DNA of 64,000 nucleotides from positions 32,001 to 96,000 of the forward strand of contig JBHLLT010000006.1 of the NCBI GenBank assembly GCA_048938855.1. The letters run 5' to 3'. This DNA comes from Promethearchaeota archaeon (GTDB lineage Archaea > Asgardarchaeota > Lokiarchaeia > Sigyniarchaeales > SOKP01). Positions within the stretch are counted from its first letter, which is position 1, and each line of letters starts with the position of its first letter. A model generated the notes under the pieces. The model had not been told where the DNA came from. It worked only from the letters and a program-made list of their open reading frames with translations, and did not search any database. This document shows, one piece after another, positions 10,366-19,664 of the stretch. The translations under genes and the position numbers were made by a program.

Positions 10366-11370
10366 TCATTTTTTCTCTTTCCAGTGTGGATATATTCCCC
10401 TCTTCATGAAAATTTTATTAGTTTTTGCAAGAATTCCTGATTTAGCTTTAAACATTTCCATAGCATCTTTTAACGCTGTTCCAAATCCTATTAGTTCTTT
10501 TTTTAAAGTCATAAAGGCAACAAGCATGTTTTTTTTAATCCTAGCATCAATATAACATATACCCGCAGAAGCTAAATCCGCTCCATGACATAATGCATCT
10601 ACTGCTGTGTCTCTAACATAAATTTTCGGCAAATGAGAGACCATCCTTTCCATTGGGAATATAATTTTTCTCAAATAATATTCATTGCCTTCTATTTGAT
10701 AGATTGTGTAAGCATCCTTTAAATTCTGAAGAGATATAAGATTGTCAGTTTCTTTAAAATTGCCAACTCTAGTTCTTCTAAGTTCTAGCATATGAGCTCC
10801 CGAACAAAGAGCTTCCCCTAAATCAAAACAAAATTTCCTCACATAAGTCCCTGCTTCACAGCCAATTCTAAATAAAATGTGATTATTATCAACTTCAATG
10901 ACTTTGCTATAATATATCTCTCTTATTCTTAATCTTCTAACAACAGATGATTTTAATGGAGGTCTTTGATAAATTTTTCCGGTGAATAATTTAAATATCT
11001 TTTCTATCCGTTGTTTTTTCTCAGGGTTGTGTAAATACATTACACCAAAATATTCCTTACCCGCATTTAAGAGTGCTGATAAAGCACGAGTTGCATTTCC
11101 TAAAGCACACGGTAATATGCCAGTAACTTTAGGATCAAGCGTTCCACCATGCCCCGCATTTGAAATATTTAAAATTTTACGAACCCATGAAACAACTTCA
11201 TGACTCGTTGGACCGCTTGGCTTGTCTAGATTTATTACTCCATAGTCCAATAGCGATTGAATACTTCTCTTTTCAGGTTCGCATCCATAATTAGGGTGAG
11301 TATTGTCTTGAGATTTTATTAATAATTGCTCAGGTTCATCAGAGGGTAATTTAAATTCTAAATTTTCCAT
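10366..11370 (-). CDS. cbf5: H/ACA RNA-guided pseudouridine synthase Cbf5
   Basis: LDKPSGPTSHEV, GHGGTLDPKVTG, C-terminal PUA domain. Confidence 0.96.
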   Translation of the reverse strand: MENLEFKLPSDEPEQLLIKSQDNTHPNYGCEPEKRSIQSLLDYGVINLDKPSGPTSHEVVSWVRKILNISNAGHGGTLDPKVTGILPCALGNATRALSALLNAGKEYFGVMYLHNPEKKQRIEKIFKLFTGKIYQRPPLKSSVVRRLRIREIYYSKVIEVDNNHILFRIGCEAGTYVRKFCFDLGEALCSGAHMLELRRTRVGNFKETDNLISLQNLKDAYTIYQIEGNEYYLRKIIFPMERMVSHLPKIYVRDTAVDALCHGADLASAGICYIDARIKKNMLVAFMTLKKELIGFGTALKDAMEMFKAKSGILAKTNKIFMKRGIYPHWKEKK

Positions 11371-11485
11371 TTGAATTTGTTATGAAGGAGATTAATTAAT
11401 AATTATAAATTTAAAGATCTCATAAATCTTTCTTAAACTTGAAGATTTATTTAATAATCGTAAAAATGGTATAAAAAGGAAATAA

Positions 11486-11592
11486 TGGCGGGCTATAGGG
11501 GAATTGAACCCCCGACCTTTCTTTTTAAGGGAGAGCTTCCCATAAATGTCAGGTTAAAAGCCTGCTGCGCTACCTGCCTGCGCCAATAGCCC
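11486..11592 (-). tRNA. tRNA-Lys(UUU) with a 30-nt non-canonical intron at the anticodon-stem/variable-loop junction (~11519-11548); CCA encoded
   Basis: Reverse complement: GGGCTAT/ATAGCCC acceptor, GCGC D stem, CAGG-CTTTTAA-CCTG anticodon arm, GGGGG-TTCAATT-CCCCT T arm, GCCA end. 107 nt minus 30 gives a 77-nt tRNA. Confidence 0.9.
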
Positions 11593-11709
11593 ATTAAGAT
11601 TTTTATTTATGTTAAAGCTTGAATTGTAGTAGTATAAATCCATAATAATATAAAAATTTTATTGTAATCAGTTTCTTTCCTTTATTAATCTCTTTAAAAC
11701 TATCATGGA

Positions 11710-12735
11710 TTAATCCCTTTTAGTGAAATGCTCAAACCCATAACTAATTATTTCTTTTTTTTCTCCCTCTTTAGAAATAGAAATATGTTCCTCGGAAACT
11801 ATTTTTCCTATTTTAAAAATATGTCCCCCAATAGATTGAACTGCTTTTTGGGCTTCTTTAAGATCTTTAGGATTAATTGTGAAGATATGAATAAATTCTT
11901 CCCCTCCATTAAAAACTAATTCTTCCAAAGAAACATCAAATTCATTTGAATATTCAATGGATTCAGCATCAATTAAATTACCATTAAAATCTATTTCAAA
12001 TCCTATATTTGGATTTGATATCATTAGATCCTCCAAGGACTTATATAGTCCATCAGAAGAATCTATGCTAGCAGTTGCTAAACTCTTTTCTGCCAGTATA
12101 AATGCTTCATTTTCAGAAATAACCGGTTCTAAAACACTCATTATAGATCTTTTGTACTTAGAAAACTCATTTAAATCTCCATTCTTCTTCAAAAGAATAT
12201 CAAACCCTACACCTGTTAAACCAAACTTATTATTTGCTACTAATATATCACCTACATTTATACCTTGTCTATAGATTATTTTTGAGGGGTTCTTGAATCC
12301 AAAAACCGTAGGATTGATTATTATTTCCTTTGATTCATTAATATCTCCTCCTATATAGTTCAGATCATATGTTAAACTACAATCTATAATCCCATTCAAT
12401 AAATTGATAAATTCGAGTAGTTCAAATATTTTTGGTAGACCTAATGATATGATTAAACCTCTTGGTTTTACACCCTTAACTATTAAATCACTCACATTCA
12501 TAATTATTGACTTTCTACCTATTTGATAAGAACTCATTTTAACTGGCACATCAGTGGTTGATACGAGCATATCAGAGTTAAAAACTAGATTCCCATCCAA
12601 ATCCATATCCTTTAAATCAAAATAAAAAGAATCATCTTTCATAAGATGTTTACCAGTTTTTTTCAAAATCAAATCTTCTATTATTTCTATTAACTTTTTT
12701 TCTCCAAGATTTTCTAACTTAGGATTATTTTTCAT
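11710..12735 (-). CDS. thiL: Thiamine-monophosphate kinase
   Basis: LGEKKLI, NVSDLIVKG, IGGDIN, IDSSDGL, GGEEF. Confidence 0.9.
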   Translation of the reverse strand: MKNNPKLENLGEKKLIEIIEDLILKKTGKHLMKDDSFYFDLKDMDLDGNLVFNSDMLVSTTDVPVKMSSYQIGRKSIIMNVSDLIVKGVKPRGLIISLGLPKIFELLEFINLLNGIIDCSLTYDLNYIGGDINESKEIIINPTVFGFKNPSKIIYRQGINVGDILVANNKFGLTGVGFDILLKKNGDLNEFSKYKRSIMSVLEPVISENEAFILAEKSLATASIDSSDGLYKSLEDLMISNPNIGFEIDFNGNLIDAESIEYSNEFDVSLEELVFNGGEEFIHIFTINPKDLKEAQKAVQSIGGHIFKIGKIVSEEHISISKEGEKKEIISYGFEHFTKRD

Positions 12736-12944
12736 GAGGCAAGAATTAACTTTTTTATGTGATTATGTTTTTTGAATAAAATTGAATAACTTCAAATTTA
12801 TAGAAGCTAATTCTATTGAAAATATATGACCATATTATTTAAATAGTAACTTCACAAAGCTTTTACAAGGAAATATATAACAAGCTAAAATTTTTTTTTA
12901 ATATAGTATTATATCATTATGATTTTAAACTATATTAATAGTTT

Positions 12945-13046
12945 GCCTCTGTAGCTTAGTGGTTATAGCAACATTTTTAGTCATTTTGAAAAAAATGCTA
13001 GAGATTCGTAATCTGTAGATCGGGGGTTCAATTCCCCCCAGAGGCT
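12945..13046 (+). tRNA. tRNA-Thr(CGU) with a 29-nt BHB intron at position 28/29 (12973-13001)
   Basis: GCCTCTG/CAGAGGC acceptor. Removing the intron restores ACAGA-TTCGTAA-TCTGT. BHB: AGCA/TGCT helix, bulges AC^A and AG^A. Confidence 0.92.
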
Positions 13047-13050
13047 CTAT

Positions 13051-14064
13051 TTATACTTCTTCTGTAAAAACAAAACGTTTAATCATTTGAAGGGCTAGCA
13101 TTTTAAAAGCATCGTTTATATTTTCACCTGTTTTTGCTGAAGTTTCAATATATGAAAGGCTAATTTTTTTAGAAAGTTCTTCTCCTTGTTCTGTGGACAC
13201 GACGCGATTATCTTCAAGGTCTATCTTATTTCCAACTAGTATCATTGATATAGTTGGTGAAATGGTTTTGATCTCTTTAAACCAACTTTCTAGAATGTCT
13301 AAAGTCTCTTTGCGAGTAACATCATATACTAAAATACCTGCTTCAGCATTAGCAAGGTATGTCTGTCTCACTCTTTTAAATTGTGCTTGTCCTGCTAAAT
13401 CCCAGATAACGAAACGAACTTTAGATTCTAGTCCTTTAAATTCACATTCTTTTTTCATTATTGATGTACCTATTGTAGATTTATAATCTGTTTGAAAAGA
13501 GTCTTCCACAAATCGGTGAACCATACTAGTCTTTCCAACTCCACCTTCACCACCCAGGATTAATTTAAAAGCATATTCTCCAGATTCTATTTTAATCTTT
13601 TGAAGAGTATCTACTTTTCTCTGGATATTGTGAGACTCTCTATCAATAGATAACTTAGGAATTACTGGGCTTACTGATCTTCCATCTAAAATTCTAGCAA
13701 TTTTCTCAGCAGCTAAATAAGCATATGGAAAAACAGGATCTACCATAGCAACTGCTTTCAATACAGTGACAAAAACTGCTTCAGGACCAGCTTCACAAAA
13801 TATGAATCGTTGCTCTTCTGTATCAAAAGTTCCCGTTCCAAAAGAACCAGAACTAAACTCTTCTGTGATTCTAGTCAAGACAGGTTCGACTAATGCACTA
13901 ACTCCTCCAATAACATCTTCTTCTACCTCTGCATCTGAAGAACCTTTTAATGCGGTCATTACTAACCCTTCTCTATTTACAATAAGAGTCGCGATTAAGT
14001 TCTCTCCTACTTCTTGCTTATACCATTTAAGTAAGGCTTCAAGTTTTTTTCGATCGACTGACAT
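13051..14064 (-). CDS. Roadblock/LC7 domain fused to a Rab-like small GTPase
   Basis: N-terminal roadblock pattern (IATLIVNREGLVM); GEGGVGKT, STIG, WDLAGQ, NKID, ETSAK. Confidence 0.9.
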   Translation of the reverse strand: MSVDRKKLEALLKWYKQEVGENLIATLIVNREGLVMTALKGSSDAEVEEDVIGGVSALVEPVLTRITEEFSSGSFGTGTFDTEEQRFIFCEAGPEAVFVTVLKAVAMVDPVFPYAYLAAEKIARILDGRSVSPVIPKLSIDRESHNIQRKVDTLQKIKIESGEYAFKLILGGEGGVGKTSMVHRFVEDSFQTDYKSTIGTSIMKKECEFKGLESKVRFVIWDLAGQAQFKRVRQTYLANAEAGILVYDVTRKETLDILESWFKEIKTISPTISMILVGNKIDLEDNRVVSTEQGEELSKKISLSYIETSAKTGENINDAFKMLALQMIKRFVFTEEV

Positions 14065-14294
14065 CAGCTCACATCCTTTTTACGCGGTTTACAAATGCAC
14101 TATAAATAACTGAAGTATATTATTGTATATAAGAGGTTTGTTATAAAAATTTATAGAAAAAGAAAACGTTAGGTAGAATTTGAATTTATAGTTCTAAGTT
14201 AATGAAAAACTTCAAGGAATAAAATTTTAAAAATTAAATTCATTATCTTATTTCATCAATTCTAAAATGTTAGAACATAAATCATTTTAAAACC

Positions 14295-14467
14295 GCAGGA
14301 GTTGCCAAAATAATACGTAGTCCTACTTTTATGGCTAAGCTTGGTCTACGGCGCTAGAATTTTACGTAATAGTACGTATATGGCGTAACTGAGGCTCTAG
14401 TGACATAGGTCTTCGAAGGATCTACTTCTTCGTCCTAAATTCGTGGGTTCGAATCCCACCTCCTGCA
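14295..14467 (+). tRNA. tRNA-Leu(GAG) with three non-canonical introns (14309-14338, 14358-14387, ~14416-14443)
   Basis: Removing 30+30+28 nt gives an 85-nt type-II tRNA: GCAGGAG TT GCC AAGCTTGGTCTAC GGC G CTAGA CTGAGGC TCTAG TGACATAGGTCTTC GTGGG TTCGAAT CCCAC CTCCTGC A. Confidence 0.9.
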
Positions 14468-14701
14468 CATTGTATTTTAACCCCAATGTTTTTAAAAATA
14501 ACTATTAATAATAATTTAAAATCCCTCTAATCTCACCATAATTGTTATCGTACAGCCTTATGCATATATCGTATAAAAGTTTTTCAATATAGGTTACTTA
14601 ACCTAATATTTTGATTAGTTCAATTTCTATAATATGAGAATTTATATTTGTATCAATTCTCTTTAATAGTGAATTAGAATAATATTTAATACAATTCAAG
14701 A

Positions 14702-15934
14702 GTGATTTTTATTTCAGACATACGATTATATGATGACCCAAAAACTATGGAACATATACAAGCTCTAGCATTTAATAGGACAGCTTCATCTACAGGAGAG
14801 ACTGAAGCTTTAAATTATATAGAAAGTGAATTAATAAGAAATAACATCAATCCAGAAGTTGAACATTTTAATTGGAGAGGGCCTTTATCGATTCTTATGA
14901 GGACGAGTTATCTTCTTATTTTGATAAATTTAATCCTATTTCGTATGATTTTGATTGTCGTTACCTATTTTATTATAAAGTATGCTTTCTCAAGGTTGCG
15001 TGAGCTCAGTTTCATTAGTAGGGAGGAATCTAAAAGCATTTTTACGTTAATTAAATCCAAAAATAAGATTCCAAAGCGACCAATAGTAATTATAACTGCT
15101 CATTATGATTCCATCTCAGCAAATCTTCCATATAGATTGCAAGTTGTTATTTTTTTCATTTATAGATTGATCGTAGTTTTCTATGGCATAGTATTTTTTA
15201 CCTTTGCCGGGATATTCTTTCTTGATCTTTTAAGAGTCATTCCAGTAGCTAGTTTTTTGACGGTATTTATTTCTTTTTCTTCAGTGGGTGGAGTTTTGAT
15301 TTCAATTCCCATCTTATATTTAGTTTTTAAAGAACGACCTTCATCAGGAGCAATTGATAATGCAAGTGGAGTAGCAATATCAATTGAATTAGCCAAGATT
15401 TTCAATAAAAATCCTCTCGAAAATACCGATGTCCTGATTTTATGGCCTGGTGCTGAAGAATGGGGTTTAAAAGGTTCAAAAGCATTTTGTAAAAATCATT
15501 TTAAAAGTCTGAAAAAGATATATGATCTTGATAATTCATATAATATTAATATTGATATGGTAGGTTCTTACATCGGACTTTTAAATAAGACTGGATTAAT
15601 TTTTAGACGTAAAATGAACAAGAATTTAAATGGTATATTTGATGCAACAGCAAAACAATTAAATATCCCTTTAAAAGTCTTCAACAAAGTTATTAGCCCA
15701 AAAAGTGATTATAAATCATTTAAAAAATACGCTAAAAGAAATAGGACTAAATTTCAAGTAAGTTTTTTTCATTCAAGTAAGGATTCTAAATACATTCATT
15801 CTTTGAAAGATACTCCAGATAAATGCTCTTTAGAAAGCTTGAATGGATGTATAAATATATGTCATCAGGTATTAAGAAGTATTGATATGAGGGTAGAGGG
15901 AGTCAAAAAAAGTCAACTAACTTATGCTGTTTAA
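14702..15934 (+). CDS. Membrane-anchored M28-family aminopeptidase
   Basis: AHYDS, GAIDNASGV, AEEWGLKGS, NIDMVG, SDY, IHSLKD motifs with inserted TM helices. Confidence 0.85.
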   Translation: MIFISDIRLYDDPKTMEHIQALAFNRTASSTGETEALNYIESELIRNNINPEVEHFNWRGPLSILMRTSYLLILINLILFRMILIVVTYFIIKYAFSRLRELSFISREESKSIFTLIKSKNKIPKRPIVIITAHYDSISANLPYRLQVVIFFIYRLIVVFYGIVFFTFAGIFFLDLLRVIPVASFLTVFISFSSVGGVLISIPILYLVFKERPSSGAIDNASGVAISIELAKIFNKNPLENTDVLILWPGAEEWGLKGSKAFCKNHFKSLKKIYDLDNSYNINIDMVGSYIGLLNKTGLIFRRKMNKNLNGIFDATAKQLNIPLKVFNKVISPKSDYKSFKKYAKRNRTKFQVSFFHSSKDSKYIHSLKDTPDKCSLESLNGCINICHQVLRSIDMRVEGVKKSQLTYAV

Positions 15935-18900
15935 TCTTTGGATTGTTCGTTAGGCTCTCCACATATTCCTCAATCAATTCCATTCTTTGTTTTGTATAAT
16001 CATCTAAGTTAAAATCTGTGCACAATTTTAATGCGCGAGGTATATATTTCTCAATACCTCCACGATTTACTGTTAAAATAATTCGATTGCCGCATTTAGG
16101 ACATTTTCCACTATTAGTTAATGGTGGACGCCTGAATTTTTCATTACATTTAACACATCGAAAACTTTGGACTGTAAATTTTCTTAAATTACCCAGTATA
16201 TCAGGATTGAAATGGGTTGTTAAAATCTTCTCTGCTACTTTTTTTGCTTCGACAGCTTTAATAATTTTTGCTAGGTGAAGTTGAGCCTCAATTTTATCAT
16301 CCATAGACTCATACAATTTATAGGCTGTTGTTGTTGGACCTTCATTAATATTTGTAGTAGGGATATTGAAACCAAGATTCTCATATTGTTCAGGTGTTCC
16401 TAATCGACTTTTAACTAAACACATCAAAGATTCTATTTCTGATGGAGAACTGTATCGTTCTGTTGCCTCATAGAACTCAAGTGGATATCGGTTTAATGTG
16501 TCTAAATTATGAGATTCAACATCTATCTCATTAGGATCTATTTTTGTACCGATTACTAATGTAGCGTCCATTCTACCACCAATTTTACTGGGAAGGTAAT
16601 GCCTTGAAAAATTTAATAATGGATCCAAAAGTAGCATAACTCCATCTTCATCTCCATCACAGTTGCGTCTTTTTGCTGCATGCCAAAAAGGATGAGCATA
16701 TATCGCTCTTGCTGGTGTAAACCCGATTATTCGGCCTATTATCCCCGCACTAGTGTGAGGAGCTAATCCTACTGCTAAATGTCCTAATAGATCATCTCTA
16801 GTTGATATATTATAAAACCGTCTCTGTTTATAAAACAATTCTAATTCATCATCTAAGAAGTTGGCAACTTTTATAAAATATTTAGCACAATCATTAGAAA
16901 GAATAATATCTTGAACCTTCAACTCCAAAATCTGATTCCCATCAATTAGCGGCTTTTTATCAATATCCTTATCATACCCCAACTCTCGTAATTTTTCAAT
17001 AGGAGTACCAATTTCATTTGGTTTAAAGTGAGATAATGGTATATCCGTGGCATCATATCTTATCTCGGCTGTTTTATAAACAAGAACATCATTTTTTGCT
17101 CTCAATAATCCTTTCTCAATAGGTTCTGGAACTTTATATTCATTAGTTAACCCTATAATACCTTTAAATTTCTGAGGGAATATTATATCTAGTGATCTTA
17201 AAGCAGAATTTACATATTTTCTTATGTTGAATTTTGCTTCACTTGAGCTTTTCAAAGACTCTTGACATTTTGGACATATTTCTTCAAAAGTAGGATAAAG
17301 ACTCTTACATCGAGTACATATTTTCTGTAATTCTGTATGACCACCACAGTTATGACAAATATTAAAAATACTTGAAGTACCGCAATTTACACACTTTTTC
17401 CTACATACATCAATTTGAACCTTACCAGTTTCAACAACATTATTCTTATTAGCAAAATCGTACGAGGATTTCTTTTTAGGGATTGAATCATTTATACCAT
17501 TTTTTCGTGTACTATATCCCATAGCTTTTTCAAATAGTCGTGAATTACCAACTACACTACTTAATGGAAATAAAGAATGAATTCCTTTCATGCTTTTTCT
17601 TTCTGACTTTTCTGGTCTACCCATTCGAGAACCCATAAAGTATGGAGCCTTATTTTTAATTTTAACTGAAGAGAGTTTAAAAAAGTAAGTGAAGACATCA
17701 TCATCTTGATCAACTTCTATCAATTTCTTTTCTTCTAAAGCAAATATTTTTTTATATATAAAGCTCCTTTTTAAACTAAGAAATATCTTGTTATCCTTTA
17801 TTTTATGAGGAATAAACGCTTTTTCTAATATTTTTTTTATTGGTTTCTCATAATTAAAGATAATTCTTTGCGTTGATTCAGAAAAATTCTTAATAAGTTC
17901 ATTTCTTAGTAGTGTCAATTCTTCCAATGATAAATTGCCCCAAAAATCTAAATAAAACGGGTGTAAGGGAACCTCATATTTTCTTGAAATATCTATTGCC
18001 TCTACTTCGGTAGGTATATTTTCTAAAGGATTTTCAATAAAAGATGTTATTTTTTTATCTACTATTTCTGTATTATTAATAGCCTTTTCTAAATCTAATG
18101 CCCACCATTCTTCTACATAACCAGATGGCACTAATATATGGTTATTTTCAGTAAACTCACCATATCCAAACAATAGGTCCCCCAAAAATAATACTTTTTT
18201 AATATCTGAAAAAATTTGTTTAGCTTTTATTGAATTTGTAACTTTTATTACATCACCATTTCTTAATTTTACAATAGGAGGCTCAATACTATCAACAGGG
18301 CATACACTTGTGCTTTTTCCAGGTCGTTCAATTCTTAATTGCGTTCCAATAGCTATAAATTCATCTAAAATAACCATTGAAGCAGGATGAATTCCTCCAG
18401 CAGCTAAACCAGTATTTCTAGATCTACCATATCTTATTCTATGACCTCCTATAACAGACGGATGGCTGAAAACTGGTCGTCCGGCAATTATATCTGCTAC
18501 ATATTTAGAATTTGGAGGTATTTTAATTTCCTTTTTCAACTCGTTTTGCTTTTCTTTTTCCATTTTTTCTTGGGTCTGAGCTATTTTTTTAAGTTCAACA
18601 AGCCAATTCCACCCATCTAAATTCATCACCTTGGCAATTTTTAATAATTTTGGGGCTTTTAGAAGAATCCCATCATTTAAAACCAAGCAAGCACCACCTC
18701 TTATATGGTTTGTTTCAATCCGAGGTAAATCTCTAAACGCAGAGACCTCTTCATCTTCTGTTGAATCTCCATTTATTTCTATTGGCAAATGACTCACAGC
18801 ATACCTTATTTCTTTATTAGATGATGGATATTGCAGATGAACATTTCTATCGTACAATTTTACTTCTTCTACATACCTACCGATTTCTGCTTCAGTCGCT

Positions 18901-19424
18901 TCATATTTAGGAATGTTTGATTTTTTTCTAACGTAATCTGCAATTAATACACATAGGGCTGCTGTTGTTCCTCCAGCTGCTCTAATTGGTCCCGCAAAAT
19001 ACAGAGATAAATACTTTCTACCAAAACTATCTGTTCGAATTAAAATCTTTGAAATACCTTCAAGGGGAGCACTCACGACACCCATAGTTTTTATAGCTAA
19101 TCCAATTCTTATTGATCTATCAACTCGGGCTTCTATAGAGTCAAAATTTCCAATTTTTTCTTCCAAAATGTCAGCAACCACCTTAAAAACAAGTTCATCT
19201 TCTGTTAACCCTTGTCTTTTTAATGTTCTAATTACATCTGCAACACCTTTTGGACCCACAAGTTTTTCAACTCTTCCAGCTAAATCTTTTGCTTGAGGAG
19301 ATTCAACTTCTAATTCAGGATCAAATCCTTTTTCACGTGCACGTTCTGCAATTGAATAACATCTATCAACTTGCATTTGAATTGAATTAAAGTATGATTC
19401 CATTGCTTTACTTATATTTACCAT
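15903..19424 (-). CDS. polC: DNA polymerase D large subunit DP2
   Basis: AGPIRAAGGT, RYGRSRNTG, HAAKRRNCDGDED, Zn fingers, C-terminal PIP box (QHKLVDFF); no intein. Confidence 0.97.
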   Translation of the reverse strand: MVNISKAMESYFNSIQMQVDRCYSIAERAREKGFDPELEVESPQAKDLAGRVEKLVGPKGVADVIRTLKRQGLTEDELVFKVVADILEEKIGNFDSIEARVDRSIRIGLAIKTMGVVSAPLEGISKILIRTDSFGRKYLSLYFAGPIRAAGGTTAALCVLIADYVRKKSNIPKYEATEAEIGRYVEEVKLYDRNVHLQYPSSNKEIRYAVSHLPIEINGDSTEDEEVSAFRDLPRIETNHIRGGACLVLNDGILLKAPKLLKIAKVMNLDGWNWLVELKKIAQTQEKMEKEKQNELKKEIKIPPNSKYVADIIAGRPVFSHPSVIGGHRIRYGRSRNTGLAAGGIHPASMVILDEFIAIGTQLRIERPGKSTSVCPVDSIEPPIVKLRNGDVIKVTNSIKAKQIFSDIKKVLFLGDLLFGYGEFTENNHILVPSGYVEEWWALDLEKAINNTEIVDKKITSFIENPLENIPTEVEAIDISRKYEVPLHPFYLDFWGNLSLEELTLLRNELIKNFSESTQRIIFNYEKPIKKILEKAFIPHKIKDNKIFLSLKRSFIYKKIFALEEKKLIEVDQDDDVFTYFFKLSSVKIKNKAPYFMGSRMGRPEKSERKSMKGIHSLFPLSSVVGNSRLFEKAMGYSTRKNGINDSIPKKKSSYDFANKNNVVETGKVQIDVCRKKCVNCGTSSIFNICHNCGGHTELQKICTRCKSLYPTFEEICPKCQESLKSSSEAKFNIRKYVNSALRSLDIIFPQKFKGIIGLTNEYKVPEPIEKGLLRAKNDVLVYKTAEIRYDATDIPLSHFKPNEIGTPIEKLRELGYDKDIDKKPLIDGNQILELKVQDIILSNDCAKYFIKVANFLDDELELFYKQRRFYNISTRDDLLGHLAVGLAPHTSAGIIGRIIGFTPARAIYAHPFWHAAKRRNCDGDEDGVMLLLDPLLNFSRHYLPSKIGGRMDATLVIGTKIDPNEIDVESHNLDTLNRYPLEFYEATERYSSPSEIESLMCLVKSRLGTPEQYENLGFNIPTTNINEGPTTTAYKLYESMDDKIEAQLHLAKIIKAVEAKKVAEKILTTHFNPDILGNLRKFTVQSFRCVKCNEKFRRPPLTNSGKCPKCGNRIILTVNRGGIEKYIPRALKLCTDFNLDDYTKQRMELIEEYVESLTNNPKIKQHKLVDFF

Positions 19425-19664
19425 AAAAGTACCAACCTTTAAGGTCGAGAAAAATGAATATATTAAAACTTAGATTTAATATACTAAATTTTCTGAATTA
19501 AATTAAATTCATTTATTAATCAGCTATTTCTTTAATAAATTTAGAGAGAATGCTAATTTTCTACAGTCTTAGATTATAAATAGAAATTTGTTTTTCCTTT
19601 AATAAAAAGTAATTTAATTTCATTGTTCAATTAATATATTAACTCCATCTTAAGCAGCTTAAAA

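Noticed and set aside
10366-11370. Intron in cbf5, the classic archaeal mRNA intron host
   Set aside because: The frame is continuous through GPTSHEV and GHGGTLDP; no insert.
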